Source of the DNA: Candidatus Acidiferrales bacterium
GTDB lineage: Bacteria > Chloroflexota > Dormibacteria > Aeolococcales > Aeolococcaceae
Length of the DNA: 64,000 bases
NCBI GenBank assembly: GCA_035534435.1
Contig: DATLRX010000011.1
Coordinates: 5,857 to 69,856 of the forward strand
Direction: 5' to 3'
The position numbers and the translations under genes are program-made. A model generated the notes under the pieces. The model made no database searches, was not told the DNA's origin, and saw only the letters and a program-made list of their open reading frames with translations. Shown piece by piece: positions 1 through 12,228 of the stretch. Each line of letters starts with the position of its first letter. Position 1 is the stretch's first letter.

Positions 1-1
1 C

Positions 2-1338
2 ACCCTGACCGCGGTCACGTACACGGACGGCGCAACGACGCGATACGCGCTGCCGCTCGGTGTGCGCGAGGTTGGTGATGCGCTCGCGGAGCGGGCACCC
101 GAGTTCGTGATCCCCTGGGCCGGGGCGCCGGGGGCGATGCTCCTCTACGACGCCGTCGGCGACCCGGTGTACATCGAATGGCTCCTCGACGCCATCCGCG
201 AGGAGCGGGCGGTCACCACGTCGAACGGGACGCTGCGCTGCTCGTGCCCCGATCCGCTCGCGTTGAACACCGGCACCCTCTCATCGATCCGCCCGTTGCG
301 TGTCGAGCAGAGCAACACGTCGATCGAGGTCGGCGACGCCCTTTTCCTCAAGCACCTGCGCCGAGTCGAGGCTGGGCCCTCCCAGGAGCTGGAGATGTCC
401 GACGCGCTGTCGGCATCCGGCTTCACGCACATCGCGCCGCTGCTCGGGCGGATGGTGTGGGCATCCGGCAACGAACCACCGTCGCCGCTCGTGCTGATCC
501 AGCGATTCCTGCACAACAGCAGCGAGGGATGGGCGCTGGCGATGACGTCGCTGCGCGACCTCTACGCGACCGCTGAGGGGATGGGTGCCGCGGACGCGGT
601 GGAACGTCGTGCCGCGGTCGACGAGCAGGATGCCGCCTTCCTCGCGGAGTCGATGCGGCTCGGTCAGGTCGTCGCTGAGATGCACCTCGCGCTCGGCGCC
701 GGCGGCGCCGGCATGACGAGGGCGCCGCTCACACAGGCCGAGCTCTCGAGCTGGGCGGCGGCGATGACGGATGAGCTGGACGCGCTCCTCGCCCGCGGCG
801 GTGGCGTCCTCGATCCGCTCCGCGCCGTCCGCGACAGCGTGGTGGCGCGCTTCGACGAGATGCGCGAGCTGCCTCCGGGCGGCCAGCTGATCCGCGTGCA
901 CGGCGACCTGCACCTGGGTCAGCTGCTGCGCGTGGACACCGGGTGGGTGGTGCTCGACTTCGAGGGCGAGCCCGACCGTACGCCTGCGCAGCGCCGGGAG
1001 CTGAGCACGCCGCTGCGGGATGTGGCCGCGATGCTCCGCTCGTTCGACTATGCGGCAGCGGCGGCGATCGCCGAACGCGGCGCGCCGGACACCGATGAGG
1101 CACGAGCACTCGCCGGCTTCGGTGACGCATGGGCCGATGCCAATGGCGACGCGTTCTGGGGCGCGTATCTGGAGGCTGTCGGCTCGGATCCGCTGCTCCC
1201 GGAACCCGGATCCGCCCTCGTGATCCGCCGCGCCTTCGAGATCCAGAAGGCTGTCTACGAGATCGGGTACGAGCTCGGGCACCGACCCACGTGGGTCGAG
1301 ATCCCGCTGCGTTTCCTGCTCCGTGGCGCGGCGGCGGA

Positions 1339-1342
<4 letters not shown>
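2..1342 (+). CDS. mak: maltokinase (Mak/Pep2), 5' end cut by window edge
   Basis: The frame is open from nt 2 (TLTAVTYTDGATTRYALPLG...). HGDLHLGQLL and DFEGEP motifs are kinase-like and typical of actinobacterial maltokinase. The stop overlaps the glgB ATG (ATGA at 1339-1342). Confidence 0.8.
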
Positions 1343-3534
<2,192 letters not shown>

Positions 3535-3671
3535 CGGGTACTGAGTGGGGAGAATGAGTGCAAACCTGCGGGCCGAGAGCGCACAGCGTCGAATGGATCA
3601 GCAACAGGATCCATCGCGCACAGAGCGCTTGGCGAGACCGCGTTCGGAAGACACGGGGGTGACCCACGACC

Positions 3672-4046
3672 ATGAATACCGACGAAGCCCGCACCCGGCT
3701 GCTGACTGAGCGCGCCCGGATCGAGGCGCTGCGCCAGGCTGCGGGCCGGCTCACGGCGGACGCCCAGGAGGCCACGGAGCGCGAGCTGTCCTCTGCCGAG
3801 CAGCACCCGTCCGAGCTCGCGAGCGAGACGATCGGGCTGGAGCTGGACCAGAGCGTCCAGAAGCACGCCGAGTTGGAGCTGGCCGAGCTCGAGGAGGCCG
3901 TGAAGCGTGTCGACCTGGGTTCGTACGGCCGGTGCGAGGCCTGCGGCAAGCCAATCGGCGAGGCCCGGCTGGAAGCGATTCCCACCGCGCGGTACTGCAT
4001 CGAGGATCAGTCCAAGCAGGACCGCGGCCGGCGCAACGGGCGCTAG
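3672..4046 (+). CDS. TraR/DksA-family zinc-finger protein
   Basis: A coiled-coil-like N-terminal part is followed by CEACGKPIGEARLEAIPTARYCIED, i.e. CxxC-x17-CxxD. Confidence 0.75.
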   Translation: MNTDEARTRLLTERARIEALRQAAGRLTADAQEATERELSSAEQHPSELASETIGLELDQSVQKHAELELAELEEAVKRVDLGSYGRCEACGKPIGEARLEAIPTARYCIEDQSKQDRGRRNGR

Positions 4047-4091
4047 CCGGCAGCTGCGCGCCTGAGCCTCGGCTCGGACGGTTCCCCCTCG

Positions 4092-5615
4092 CTAGTGCCG
4101 GAAGTGACGCTCACCGGCAAGGACGATCGCCATGTCGAGTCCGTCCGCGGCCGCGGTCACCACGGGGTCGTTCTTGCTCCCGCCGGGGTGAATGACCGCG
4201 CGGACCCCGGCGTTGCCCAGGGTCTCGAGCCCGTCGGGCATCGGGAAGAAGGCATCCGAGGCGGCGACGCCACCCGCCGCACGCTCGCCGGCTCGTGCCA
4301 CCGCGAGCTCGGACGATTCCACACGCGACATCTGACCGGCGCCGACGCCGACCGCCATGCCGTCGCGCACGACGACCACCGCGTTCGACTTGACGTGCCT
4401 GCAGACGCGCCAGGCGATCAGCAGATCGCGCCACTCGCGGTCATCGGGCTGGCGGATCGTCGCCACCGTCATCGTCGCGCGGTCTGTGTTGACCCGGTCG
4501 CGTGTCTGCACGAGCAGGCCGCCGTCGATGCTGCGGACGTCGAGCTGCCCAGCGCCTGACGGCCGGTCGACGACCAGCACGCGCATCCGCGGCTTCGTGG
4601 CGAGGTGGGCGGCCGCGTCCCCGTCGATGGCTGGGCACACGACCGCCTCGAGAAAGGTGCGCGCGATCTCGGTGGCGGTCGCGAGGTCGATCGTGCGGTT
4701 GACGCCGACGATGCCCCCGAACGCCGCGCGTGGATCGCACTCGTACGCCCGCCGGTACGCGTCGACCGCCGTCTCGCCGACAGCGAAACCGCACGGATTC
4801 GTGTGCTTGATCACGCACGCCGCCGGCTCGTCGAACTCGCTCACGAGCGCGTACGCGGCGTCGACGTCGAGCCAGTTGGTGAAGGAGAGCGCCGATCCCT
4901 GTATCGACCTCGCCCGGGCGGCGCCGCCCGGCTCGCCCGGAGCGGCATAGAGCGCGCCTCGCTGGTGCGGGTTCTCGCCGTAGCGGAGCTCGTGCAGTCG
5001 CGGTCCTCCGACGCTGAACTCCGCCGGCATCTCGTCTGACGGCGCGCCGGTGCGCAGCCACGCAGCGACCTGCGTGTCGTAGGCGGCGACGTGCGCAAAG
5101 GCGTCGACCGCCAGCCGGTGCCTGGTGGCGATCGAGATCGATCGATGCTCGCGCAGCTCCGCGAGCAGCGACTCGTACTGCAGCGGCGAGACCACAACGG
5201 CGACCGAATCACGGTTCTTGGCGGCAGCCCGAATGAGCGAAGGGCCGCCGATGTCGATGTTCTCGATGATCGTGTCGTCGTCCGCTCCACTCGCCAGGGT
5301 GTCCGCGAAGGGGTACAGCGACGAGACGACGAGGTCGATGGGCTCGAATCTGTTCTCCGCGAGCTGGCGCATGTGCTCGGGAATGTCGCGGCGCGCCAGG
5401 ATGCCCGCGTGGATCGCCGGATGGAGCGTCCGAACGCGTCCGTCGAGCATCTCCGGAAACCCGGTGATGTCCGCCACCGAGAGGGACTCCACGCCCGCCT
5501 CTGCGAGCGTCCGGCCGGTGCTGCTCGTGGCGATCAGCTCGACACCGCACTCGCGAAGCCCGCGGGCGAACTCCACCAGGCCGGTCTTGTCGCTGACGGA
5601 GAGGAGCGCTCGCAC
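4092..5615 (-). CDS. purH: bifunctional AICAR transformylase / IMP cyclohydrolase
   Basis: Full-length PurH-like translation (ALLSVSDKTGLVEFAR, HPGGSKND, ERHFRH at the C-terminus). I chose the GTG at 5615 (VRALLSVSDK), 2 nt after the purN stop. The longer ORF-track start at 5723 lies inside purN. Confidence 0.93.
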   Translation of the reverse strand: MRALLSVSDKTGLVEFARGLRECGVELIATSSTGRTLAEAGVESLSVADITGFPEMLDGRVRTLHPAIHAGILARRDIPEHMRQLAENRFEPIDLVVSSLYPFADTLASGADDDTIIENIDIGGPSLIRAAAKNRDSVAVVVSPLQYESLLAELREHRSISIATRHRLAVDAFAHVAAYDTQVAAWLRTGAPSDEMPAEFSVGGPRLHELRYGENPHQRGALYAAPGEPGGAARARSIQGSALSFTNWLDVDAAYALVSEFDEPAACVIKHTNPCGFAVGETAVDAYRRAYECDPRAAFGGIVGVNRTIDLATATEIARTFLEAVVCPAIDGDAAAHLATKPRMRVLVVDRPSGAGQLDVRSIDGGLLVQTRDRVNTDRATMTVATIRQPDDREWRDLLIAWRVCRHVKSNAVVVVRDGMAVGVGAGQMSRVESSELAVARAGERAAGGVAASDAFFPMPDGLETLGNAGVRAVIHPGGSKNDPVVTAAADGLDMAIVLAGERHFRH

Positions 5616-5617
5616 GC

Positions 5618-6262
5618 TCAGACCGGCGCCGGTGCCGCGGCGGGCAGGACGCGGACCCGATTGCCCTCTCGAGCGATGCGGCCGGTGCACCACAGCGCGA
5701 CCGCCTGGGGCAGCAGCTCCCATTCGCGGACGTGGATGCGGCGCCGCAGCGTCGCGGCGTCGTCCTCGGGCTCGACCGGGACCGCCGCCTGCAGGACGAT
5801 CGGGCCGCCGTCCGCTTCGCCGCGATCGAGCAGCTGGACCGTGCAGCCGGTGAGCTTGACGCCGCGGGCCAGCGCCTGCTCGACGGCGTCCATCCCGCCG
5901 CCGAACGCCGGCAGCAGGGACGGATGCACATTGAGGATGGCGTCCGGGAAGGCATCGAGGAACTCGTCGCTGAGGATCCGGTCGTACCCGGCGCAGACGA
6001 TGAGGTGGACGCCCGCGGCGCGGAACCGATCGCGCATCTCGCGATCCCGGGCTGTGGCATCGCCACCGAAGTCCGACTGCGGCAGGGCCACCGCGATCAC
6101 GCCGTGGCTGCGGGCGATGTCGAGCGCCGGCGCCTTGGCTCGATTGGAGATGACGAGCGTGACCTCCGCCGGGAAGTCACGCTTCGCGACTGCTTCGAGC
6201 AGCGCCTCGAGGTTGGTGCCCGCGCCCGAGACGAGCACGCCGATCGGGGTGCGCGTGCTCAC
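5618..6262 (-). CDS. purN: phosphoribosylglycinamide formyltransferase
   Basis: The C-terminal 214 aa of the 460-aa ORF read as PurN (IGVLVSGAGTNLEAL, NVHPSLLPAFGG). The GTG at 6262 overlaps the purM stop (GTGA). Confidence 0.9.
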   Translation of the reverse strand: MSTRTPIGVLVSGAGTNLEALLEAVAKRDFPAEVTLVISNRAKAPALDIARSHGVIAVALPQSDFGGDATARDREMRDRFRAAGVHLIVCAGYDRILSDEFLDAFPDAILNVHPSLLPAFGGGMDAVEQALARGVKLTGCTVQLLDRGEADGGPIVLQAAVPVEPEDDAATLRRRIHVREWELLPQAVALWCTGRIAREGNRVRVLPAAAPAPV

Positions 6263-7281
6263 GTGAGCACGACCCGCCGCGGGCCGGTCTGGGGCACCAC
6301 CTCGCCGATGCGCCAGACGGGGATCCCCGCGAGGCCGTCGATCGGCGGAGCGCTCGCTGGGACGATGACCACCATCCCGACGCCCATGTTGAAGGTGCGC
6401 CACATTTCCTCGAGATGGATGCCGCCCACCTGCTGGAGCGCCCCGAAGATGGGCGGAATGTTCCACGTGGAACGGTCGATGGTGGCCGCGAGTCCCTCCG
6501 GGAGCACGCGCGGCACGTTGTCGATGACGCCGCCGCCCGTGATGTGCGCCATGGCGTGAATGTCCGTCCTGGCACGCATCTCGCGGATGGCGTGGAGGTA
6601 TGCGCGATGCGGCTCGAGCAGGAGATCGGCGAGCGGGCGGTCGGTGCCAGGGAGCACATCGCTCCATTGCAGCTCGTGCTCCGCGACGATGTGGCGCACG
6701 AGCGAGTACCCGTTGGTGTGCAAGCCGCTGCTGGGCAACGCGTAGAGCTGGTCGCCGGCCACGACGAGGCTGCCGTCGATGATCTCGTCGCGCCGGACCG
6801 AGCCGACGATGAACCCTGCGATGTCGTAGTCGCCGAGCGCGTAGACGCCCGGCATCTCGGCCGTCTCGCCGCCGATGAGCGCGCATCCCGCCGCGCGGCA
6901 GGCTTCCGCGATCCCCTCGATGAGCTCGGCGAGCTGCTCGGGGATGAGCCTCCCCGTTGCGTAGTAGTCGAGGAAGAAGAGCGGCTCGGCGCCGCAGCAC
7001 AGGATGTCGTTGACACAGTGGTTGACGATGTCGATGCCGATCCCGCGGTGCCGCCCGGTGGCGATCGCGACCTTCACCTTGGTGCCGACGGAGTCTGTGC
7101 TCGAGGCAAGCACCGTCGGGTTCGCCGAATCCGGCTCGAGCGTGAAGAGGCCGCTGAAGGCGCCGATGCCGCCGAGCACGCGTGCCGAATGCGTCGACGC
7201 GATGGTGCGCCGGATCAGGCTGACGGCACGGTTGCCCTCATCGATGTCGACACCGGCGTCTGCGTAGCGGAGGTCACCCAT
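6259..7281 (-). CDS. purM: phosphoribosylformylglycinamidine cyclo-ligase (AIR synthetase)
   Basis: The translation is PurM-like along its whole length (YADAGVDIDEGN, DSVGTKV, HITGGG). Confidence 0.95.
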   Translation of the reverse strand: MGDLRYADAGVDIDEGNRAVSLIRRTIASTHSARVLGGIGAFSGLFTLEPDSANPTVLASSTDSVGTKVKVAIATGRHRGIGIDIVNHCVNDILCCGAEPLFFLDYYATGRLIPEQLAELIEGIAEACRAAGCALIGGETAEMPGVYALGDYDIAGFIVGSVRRDEIIDGSLVVAGDQLYALPSSGLHTNGYSLVRHIVAEHELQWSDVLPGTDRPLADLLLEPHRAYLHAIREMRARTDIHAMAHITGGGVIDNVPRVLPEGLAATIDRSTWNIPPIFGALQQVGGIHLEEMWRTFNMGVGMVVIVPASAPPIDGLAGIPVWRIGEVVPQTGPRRVVLT

Positions 7282-7306
7282 CTCGTCAGAGTGTATCGGC
7301 GGCCGG

Positions 7307-9187
7307 TTGGGCGGCGCGGAGATGCGCTCCGGTCGCCGCGTTCCGATGAGAGGGTGTCACCATAGGAGCGAACACGAGGCCGTCCAGGGACTGATCCATT
7401 TCGTGAACCCAACCAATACTGACGACCCGAGCTATTACCATCGGGTGGTCGACTGCCAGTGGGCATGTCCGGCCCACACCAATGTGCCCGAGTACATACG
7501 GTTGATCGCCCAGGGGCGGTATACGGACGCGTACATGTCGAACCGGGAGTCGAACGTGTTCCCGGGGATCCTGGGGCGGACCTGCGACCGTCCATGCGAG
7601 CCGGCCTGCCGGCGGACCCGGATCGACGGCGCGCCGGTGGCGATCTGCCGTCTCAAGCGCGTCGCCTCGGATCTCCGCGGCGACATCGCCGGCCGCCTTC
7701 CGGTGATCCCGAAGCAGAAGAACGGGCGCCGTGTCGTCTGCGTCGGGGCCGGACCGGCCTCGCTGACCGTCGCCAACGATCTCCTCCCGATCGGCTACGA
7801 GGTGGTGATCCTCGAGCAGCACGACGTGCCGGGGGGGCTGATGCGGACCAACATCCCGTCCTTCCGACTGCCCGCGGAGATCCTCGACGAGGAGATAGCG
7901 ACGATCATCGACATGGGCGTCGACCTGCGGCTGAACACTCCCGTGAACAGTCTCCGCGAGCTCCTCGCGCAGGACCACAACGCGATCTTCGTGGGCACCG
8001 GGGCGCCGCGCGGCAAGGACCTCGACATCCCCGGGCGCCACGAGAGCGATCGCATCCACATCGGCATCGACTGGCTCGAGTCGATCGCGTTCGGTCACAC
8101 GGACTCGATCGGCGAGCGCGTCCTGATCATCGGTGTCGGGAACACGGCGATGGACTGCTGCCGGTCGTCGCTCCGCCTCGGCGGCAAGAACATCAAGGTC
8201 ATGGCGCGGCGTCCGCGCACCTTCTTCAAGGCATCCTCATGGGAGCTCGAGGATGCCGAGGAGGAAGGCGTCGAGATACTCGTCGACCACGCGCCGACGC
8301 GCTTCGTCATCGAGAACGGCACGCTGACCGGCATGGAGTTCCAGCGTCTCGAATGGGACGAGCAGGCGCGGCACTCCACGGTCATCGACACGGTGGTGAT
8401 CCCCTGTGACGACGTCATCCTCGCGATCGGGCAGGAGAACGCCTTCCCCTGGATCGAGCGCGACCTCGGTCTCGAGGTCGGTGACTGGGACATGCCCGTC
8501 GTCGACCCGGTGACCTTCCAGTCATCCCTGCCGGGCGTGTTCTTCGGAGGCGACTCCGCGATGGGTCCCAAGAACATCATCTGGGCAGTCGAGCACGGTC
8601 ATCAGGCGGCGATCTCGATCCACAACCACTGCGAGGGAGTCGCCGTCACCGAACGGCCGCCGCAGCGCATGAACCTGGTCAGCCAGAAGATGGGGCTCAC
8701 CGAGTGGAGCTACAACAACGACTACAACCCCTCGGCACGGCAGCGCATGCAGCACGTGGAGCTGACCGAACGGTTCCGGAGCATCGGGACCGAGGTGGAG
8801 ATGGGGTTCTCCGCGGAGCAGACAGCGCGCGAGGTGCAGCGCTGCCTGAACTGCGACATCGAGACCGTGTTCCAGGCGCCGCTCTGCATCGAGTGCGACG
8901 CGTGCATCGACATCTGCCCGGTGCAGTGCCTGACCATCACCGAGAACGGTGACGAGGACGACCTGCGGACGCGGCTGTCGGCCCCGGCGAAGAACCTCGA
9001 CCAGGCCCTCTACGTGTCGGCCGCGCTGCCGCAGACTGGACGGGTGATGGTCAAGGACGAGGACCTCTGCGTACACTGCGGCCTCTGCGCCGAGCGCTGC
9101 CCGACGGCGGCCTGGGACATGCTCAAGTTCGAGTTGCTCATCCCGCTCGCGATGTCCACGTCTCCACGCGTCGCGGTGCCCTCATGA
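7307..9187 (+). CDS. GltD/SudA-like NAD(P)H flavoprotein with C-terminal 2x[4Fe-4S] ferredoxin domain (start uncertain)
   Basis: There is an N-terminal Cys cluster (CQWACPAHTNVPEYI...CDRPCEPAC) and two Rossmann motifs (VVCVGAGPASL, VLIIGVGNTAMDC). Two CxxCxxCxxxCP motifs follow (CIECDACIDICP, CVHCGLCAERCP). The stop overlaps the korA ATG (ATGA at 9184-9187). Candidate starts are 7307 (TTG), 7322, 7346 and 7403; none has a clear SD. Confidence 0.8.
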   Translation: MGGAEMRSGRRVPMRGCHHRSEHEAVQGLIHFVNPTNTDDPSYYHRVVDCQWACPAHTNVPEYIRLIAQGRYTDAYMSNRESNVFPGILGRTCDRPCEPACRRTRIDGAPVAICRLKRVASDLRGDIAGRLPVIPKQKNGRRVVCVGAGPASLTVANDLLPIGYEVVILEQHDVPGGLMRTNIPSFRLPAEILDEEIATIIDMGVDLRLNTPVNSLRELLAQDHNAIFVGTGAPRGKDLDIPGRHESDRIHIGIDWLESIAFGHTDSIGERVLIIGVGNTAMDCCRSSLRLGGKNIKVMARRPRTFFKASSWELEDAEEEGVEILVDHAPTRFVIENGTLTGMEFQRLEWDEQARHSTVIDTVVIPCDDVILAIGQENAFPWIERDLGLEVGDWDMPVVDPVTFQSSLPGVFFGGDSAMGPKNIIWAVEHGHQAAISIHNHCEGVAVTERPPQRMNLVSQKMGLTEWSYNNDYNPSARQRMQHVELTERFRSIGTEVEMGFSAEQTAREVQRCLNCDIETVFQAPLCIECDACIDICPVQCLTITENGDEDDLRTRLSAPAKNLDQALYVSAALPQTGRVMVKDEDLCVHCGLCAERCPTAAWDMLKFELLIPLAMSTSPRVAVPS

Positions 9188-11004
9188 CCCACGAGCTCAC
9201 CGGCACATCCGAACGCTCGAAGGTCAACGACTTCTCGATCAAGCTCGCCAACGTCAACGGGACGGGCTCGTCGAGCGCCAGCAACCTGTTGATGCGCGCG
9301 ATCTTCAGGATGGGCGTGCCGGTCTCCGGCAAGAACCTCTTCCCGTCGAACATCCAGGGTTTGCCGACGTGGTACGAGATCCGCGTCAACAAGGACGGTC
9401 ACGTGGCGCGCGCGCTCCGCTACGACGTCATGGTCGCGATGAACGGTCAGACGTACGCGAACGACATCGCGGAGGTGGCGAGTGGCGGCTACACGATGTA
9501 CGACTCGTCGTGGCCCCTGGATCGCGAGCTGATCCGCGAGGACGTGACGTACCTCGGCGTGCCGCTTGCGGAGATGTGCAACGACGCCTTCCGCGGGCCG
9601 CGTGAGCGCATCCTGATGAAGAACATCGCGTGCGCCGGAGCGCTCGTCGCGCTGCTGGGGCTCGACATGGACGTGATCGCGCAGCTGCTCACCGAACAGT
9701 TCGCCGGCAAGGAGCGGCTCCGCGAGTCCAACCAGACGGCGCTGCGACTGGGCCACGACTTCGCGACCGCGCATTTCGCGTATCCGCTGCGCTGCCGTGT
9801 CGAGGCGATGGACGCGACGCAGGGATCGATCCTCATCGACGGCAACACAGCCGCCGCGCTTGGCTGCGTGTACGCCGGGGCGACCGTCGCCGCGTGGTAC
9901 CCGATCACACCGTCGACGTCGCTCATGGACGCGTTCACCAAGTACTGCGCCAAGTTCCGGCGCGATCCCGGCACGGGAAAGAACAACTACCTGGTGCTCC
10001 AGGCCGAGGATGAGCTTGCGGCCATCGGCATGGTGCTCGGGGCATCGTGGGCGGGAGCACGCGCCTTCACGTCGACATCCGGACCCGGAATCTCGCTCAT
10101 GCAGGAGCTGATCGGCATGGGCTACTACGCCGAGATCCCGGCCGTCATCTTCGATGTGCAGCGCACCGGCCCCTCGACCGGCATGCCCACCCGCGTGCAG
10201 CAGGGCGACATCCTCAGCTGCGCGTACGCCTCGCACGGGGACACCAAGCACGTGCTCCTCTTCCCGGCCAACCCGGCGGAGTGCTTCTCGATGGCGCCGA
10301 CGGCATTCGACCTCGCGGAGCGCTTCCAGACGCCGGTGTTCGTGCTCTCCGACCTCGACATCGGCATGAACGACTGGGTGAGCCCAGCCTTCGAGTGGGA
10401 CGACGCCTACGTTCCCGATCGCGGGCGCGTGCTCGACGCGGGAGAGCTGCGGGAGCTCGAGGTCTTCCATCGCTACGAGCCCGAGGATGCCGACTCGGTC
10501 ACGGCGCGCACGCTCCCGGGCGTCAGCGAGCTTGGCGCGTATTTCACGCGCGGATCCGGACACGGCAGCGACGGCGCGTACACGGAGGATCCGGAGGTGT
10601 ACCAGGCGGTCGTCGACCGGTTGGCGCGCAAGCACACCGCCGCCGCGGAGCACATCCCGGAGCCGCTGATCCGGGATGGCGCGCACGCGCCGCTCGGCAT
10701 CGTCACCCTTGGGAGCTGTGAGCTCGCGGTCCTGGAGGCGATCGGTCTCCTTGCCGAACGCGGACTCGTCGCGGACTACATGCGTGTGCGCGGTTTCCCG
10801 TTCGGGGCCGCGGTGCGCGCATTCCTCGACGCACATGAGACCGTCGTCGTGGTCGAGCAGAACCGCGACGCGCAACTGCGCACCCTGCTCACGCTCGAAA
10901 CCCCGGTGCCCAAGGAGAAGCTCAGGTCAGTGCTCGTGTACGGCGGGTTTCCGATCAGCGCCGAGGACGTCGTCGACGGTGTCACACGAATCGTGGGGGC
11001 CTGA
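9184..11004 (+). CDS. korA: 2-oxoacid:ferredoxin (acceptor) oxidoreductase, alpha(+gamma) subunit
   Basis: 606 aa with the typical fused KorA architecture (GNTAAALGCVYAG, YPITPST, QAEDELAA). Confidence 0.9.
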   Translation: MTHELTGTSERSKVNDFSIKLANVNGTGSSSASNLLMRAIFRMGVPVSGKNLFPSNIQGLPTWYEIRVNKDGHVARALRYDVMVAMNGQTYANDIAEVASGGYTMYDSSWPLDRELIREDVTYLGVPLAEMCNDAFRGPRERILMKNIACAGALVALLGLDMDVIAQLLTEQFAGKERLRESNQTALRLGHDFATAHFAYPLRCRVEAMDATQGSILIDGNTAAALGCVYAGATVAAWYPITPSTSLMDAFTKYCAKFRRDPGTGKNNYLVLQAEDELAAIGMVLGASWAGARAFTSTSGPGISLMQELIGMGYYAEIPAVIFDVQRTGPSTGMPTRVQQGDILSCAYASHGDTKHVLLFPANPAECFSMAPTAFDLAERFQTPVFVLSDLDIGMNDWVSPAFEWDDAYVPDRGRVLDAGELRELEVFHRYEPEDADSVTARTLPGVSELGAYFTRGSGHGSDGAYTEDPEVYQAVVDRLARKHTAAAEHIPEPLIRDGAHAPLGIVTLGSCELAVLEAIGLLAERGLVADYMRVRGFPFGAAVRAFLDAHETVVVVEQNRDAQLRTLLTLETPVPKEKLRSVLVYGGFPISAEDVVDGVTRIVGA

Positions 11005-11007
11005 GCC

Positions 11008-12057
11008 ATGCCGTCCATCGTCAAACCCGCAGTCACCAATCCCGGGCTCGAACGCAACGCGCTCGGCCTGACGGTCCGCGACTACGAGGGCGGCATGTCG
11101 ACGCTCTGCGCGGGGTGCGGGCACGACTCCGTGACGGCCGCGATCACGCAGGCGCTGTGGGAGACGGCCACACCGCCACGCATGATCGCCAAGCTCAGCG
11201 GCATCGGGTGCTCCGCCAAGACCGCCGCGTACTTCGCTCGCGGCGCGCACGGCTTCAACGGGTGCCACGGCCGGATGCCACCCATCGCGACCGGTGCCGG
11301 CGCGGCCAACCGCGACCTGCTCTGCATCGGGATCTCGGGTGACGGCGACTCGCTGTCGATCGGGCTCGGTCACCTCGCCCACCTGGTGCGGCGCAACGTC
11401 CGCATGGTCTACATCATCGAGAACAACGGCGTGTACGGGCTCACGAAAGGCCAGTTCTCGGCGTCGGCTGATGTTGGTTCAACGACCAAGCGCGGCGAGG
11501 CGAACCACCTGCAGCCGATCGATCCGATCCTCCTCGGGCTCTCGATGGGCGCGACGTTCCTGGCGCGCGGGTTCTCGGGCGACAAGCGCCAGCTGGTGCC
11601 GATCTTCCGCGCCGCGATGGCGCATCACGGTCTCGCGATCATCGACGTGATCTCCCCATGCGTGACGTTCAACGACCACGAGGGCTCGACGAAGAGCTAC
11701 CTCTTCACGCGTCAGCACGACGTGCAGATGACGGTGACCGACTTCGTGCCACCGGCGGACGAGATCTCGGCGACGATCCCGACGGACGGTGTGATCAGCA
11801 TCCCGATGCACGACGGGGCAACGCTCCGCTTCCGCAATGTGCCCGAGGGGTACGACCCGACGGATCGTGCCGGCGTGCTCGAGCATCTGATGGCGGCGCG
11901 CGCACGCAAGGAGATCGTCACGGGGCTCCTGTACATCGACGAGCAGGGATCCGACCTGCACGAGCTCGGCAACACCACCGAGCAGCCGCTGACGCAGGTG
12001 CCGTACTCGAAGCTCTCGCCTGGGTCGGCCGCGCTCGCGGGGATCGGCTTCCACTGA
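11008..12057 (+). CDS. korB: 2-oxoacid:ferredoxin oxidoreductase, beta (TPP-binding) subunit
   Basis: CAGCGHDS motif, GISGDGD TPP-binding motif and ISPCVTFN are present. The gene starts 3 nt after korA. Confidence 0.9.
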   Translation: MPSIVKPAVTNPGLERNALGLTVRDYEGGMSTLCAGCGHDSVTAAITQALWETATPPRMIAKLSGIGCSAKTAAYFARGAHGFNGCHGRMPPIATGAGAANRDLLCIGISGDGDSLSIGLGHLAHLVRRNVRMVYIIENNGVYGLTKGQFSASADVGSTTKRGEANHLQPIDPILLGLSMGATFLARGFSGDKRQLVPIFRAAMAHHGLAIIDVISPCVTFNDHEGSTKSYLFTRQHDVQMTVTDFVPPADEISATIPTDGVISIPMHDGATLRFRNVPEGYDPTDRAGVLEHLMAARARKEIVTGLLYIDEQGSDLHELGNTTEQPLTQVPYSKLSPGSAALAGIGFH

Positions 12058-12208
12058 GGTTGCACTCGGTGACAACCAAGCCCTGGGCTCGGTTGTTGAC
12101 GCGGATTCAACGGGCGGTCCCTTCGTCGACAACCTGACTTCGAACAAGAAGGCGACTCTGACCGTCACCATCACGTTGGCCGACATCGACGGATCGGCCG
12201 TTTGCGAG

Positions 12209-12226
12209 GCGCTGTCGTGACAGCGC
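12209..12226. terminator. GC-rich hairpin between convergent korB and the ECF sigma gene
   Basis: GCGCTGTC-GT-GACAGCGC is a perfect 8-bp inverted repeat ending 2 nt before the sigma-gene stop. No clear U-tract is present. Confidence 0.35.
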
Positions 12227-12228
12227 GC

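Noticed and set aside
5618-7000. A 460-aa ORF suggesting a large PurN fusion protein.
   Set aside because: Only the last 214 aa are PurN-like. The upstream 246 aa are Arg-rich and lie inside purM in a different frame. The GTG at 6262 overlapping the purM stop gives a normal-size PurN.
9010-10875. A 621-aa minus-strand ORF. Similar long antisense ORFs occur at 281-1492, 2593-3459, 33891-35174, 36227-37918, 41785-43671, 48593-49888, 51580-52917 and 55188-56669.
   Set aside because: All lie antisense to or out of frame with genes that have clear family motifs. Their compositions are dominated by Arg/Asp/His/Gly/Ala, and no motifs are recognisable.
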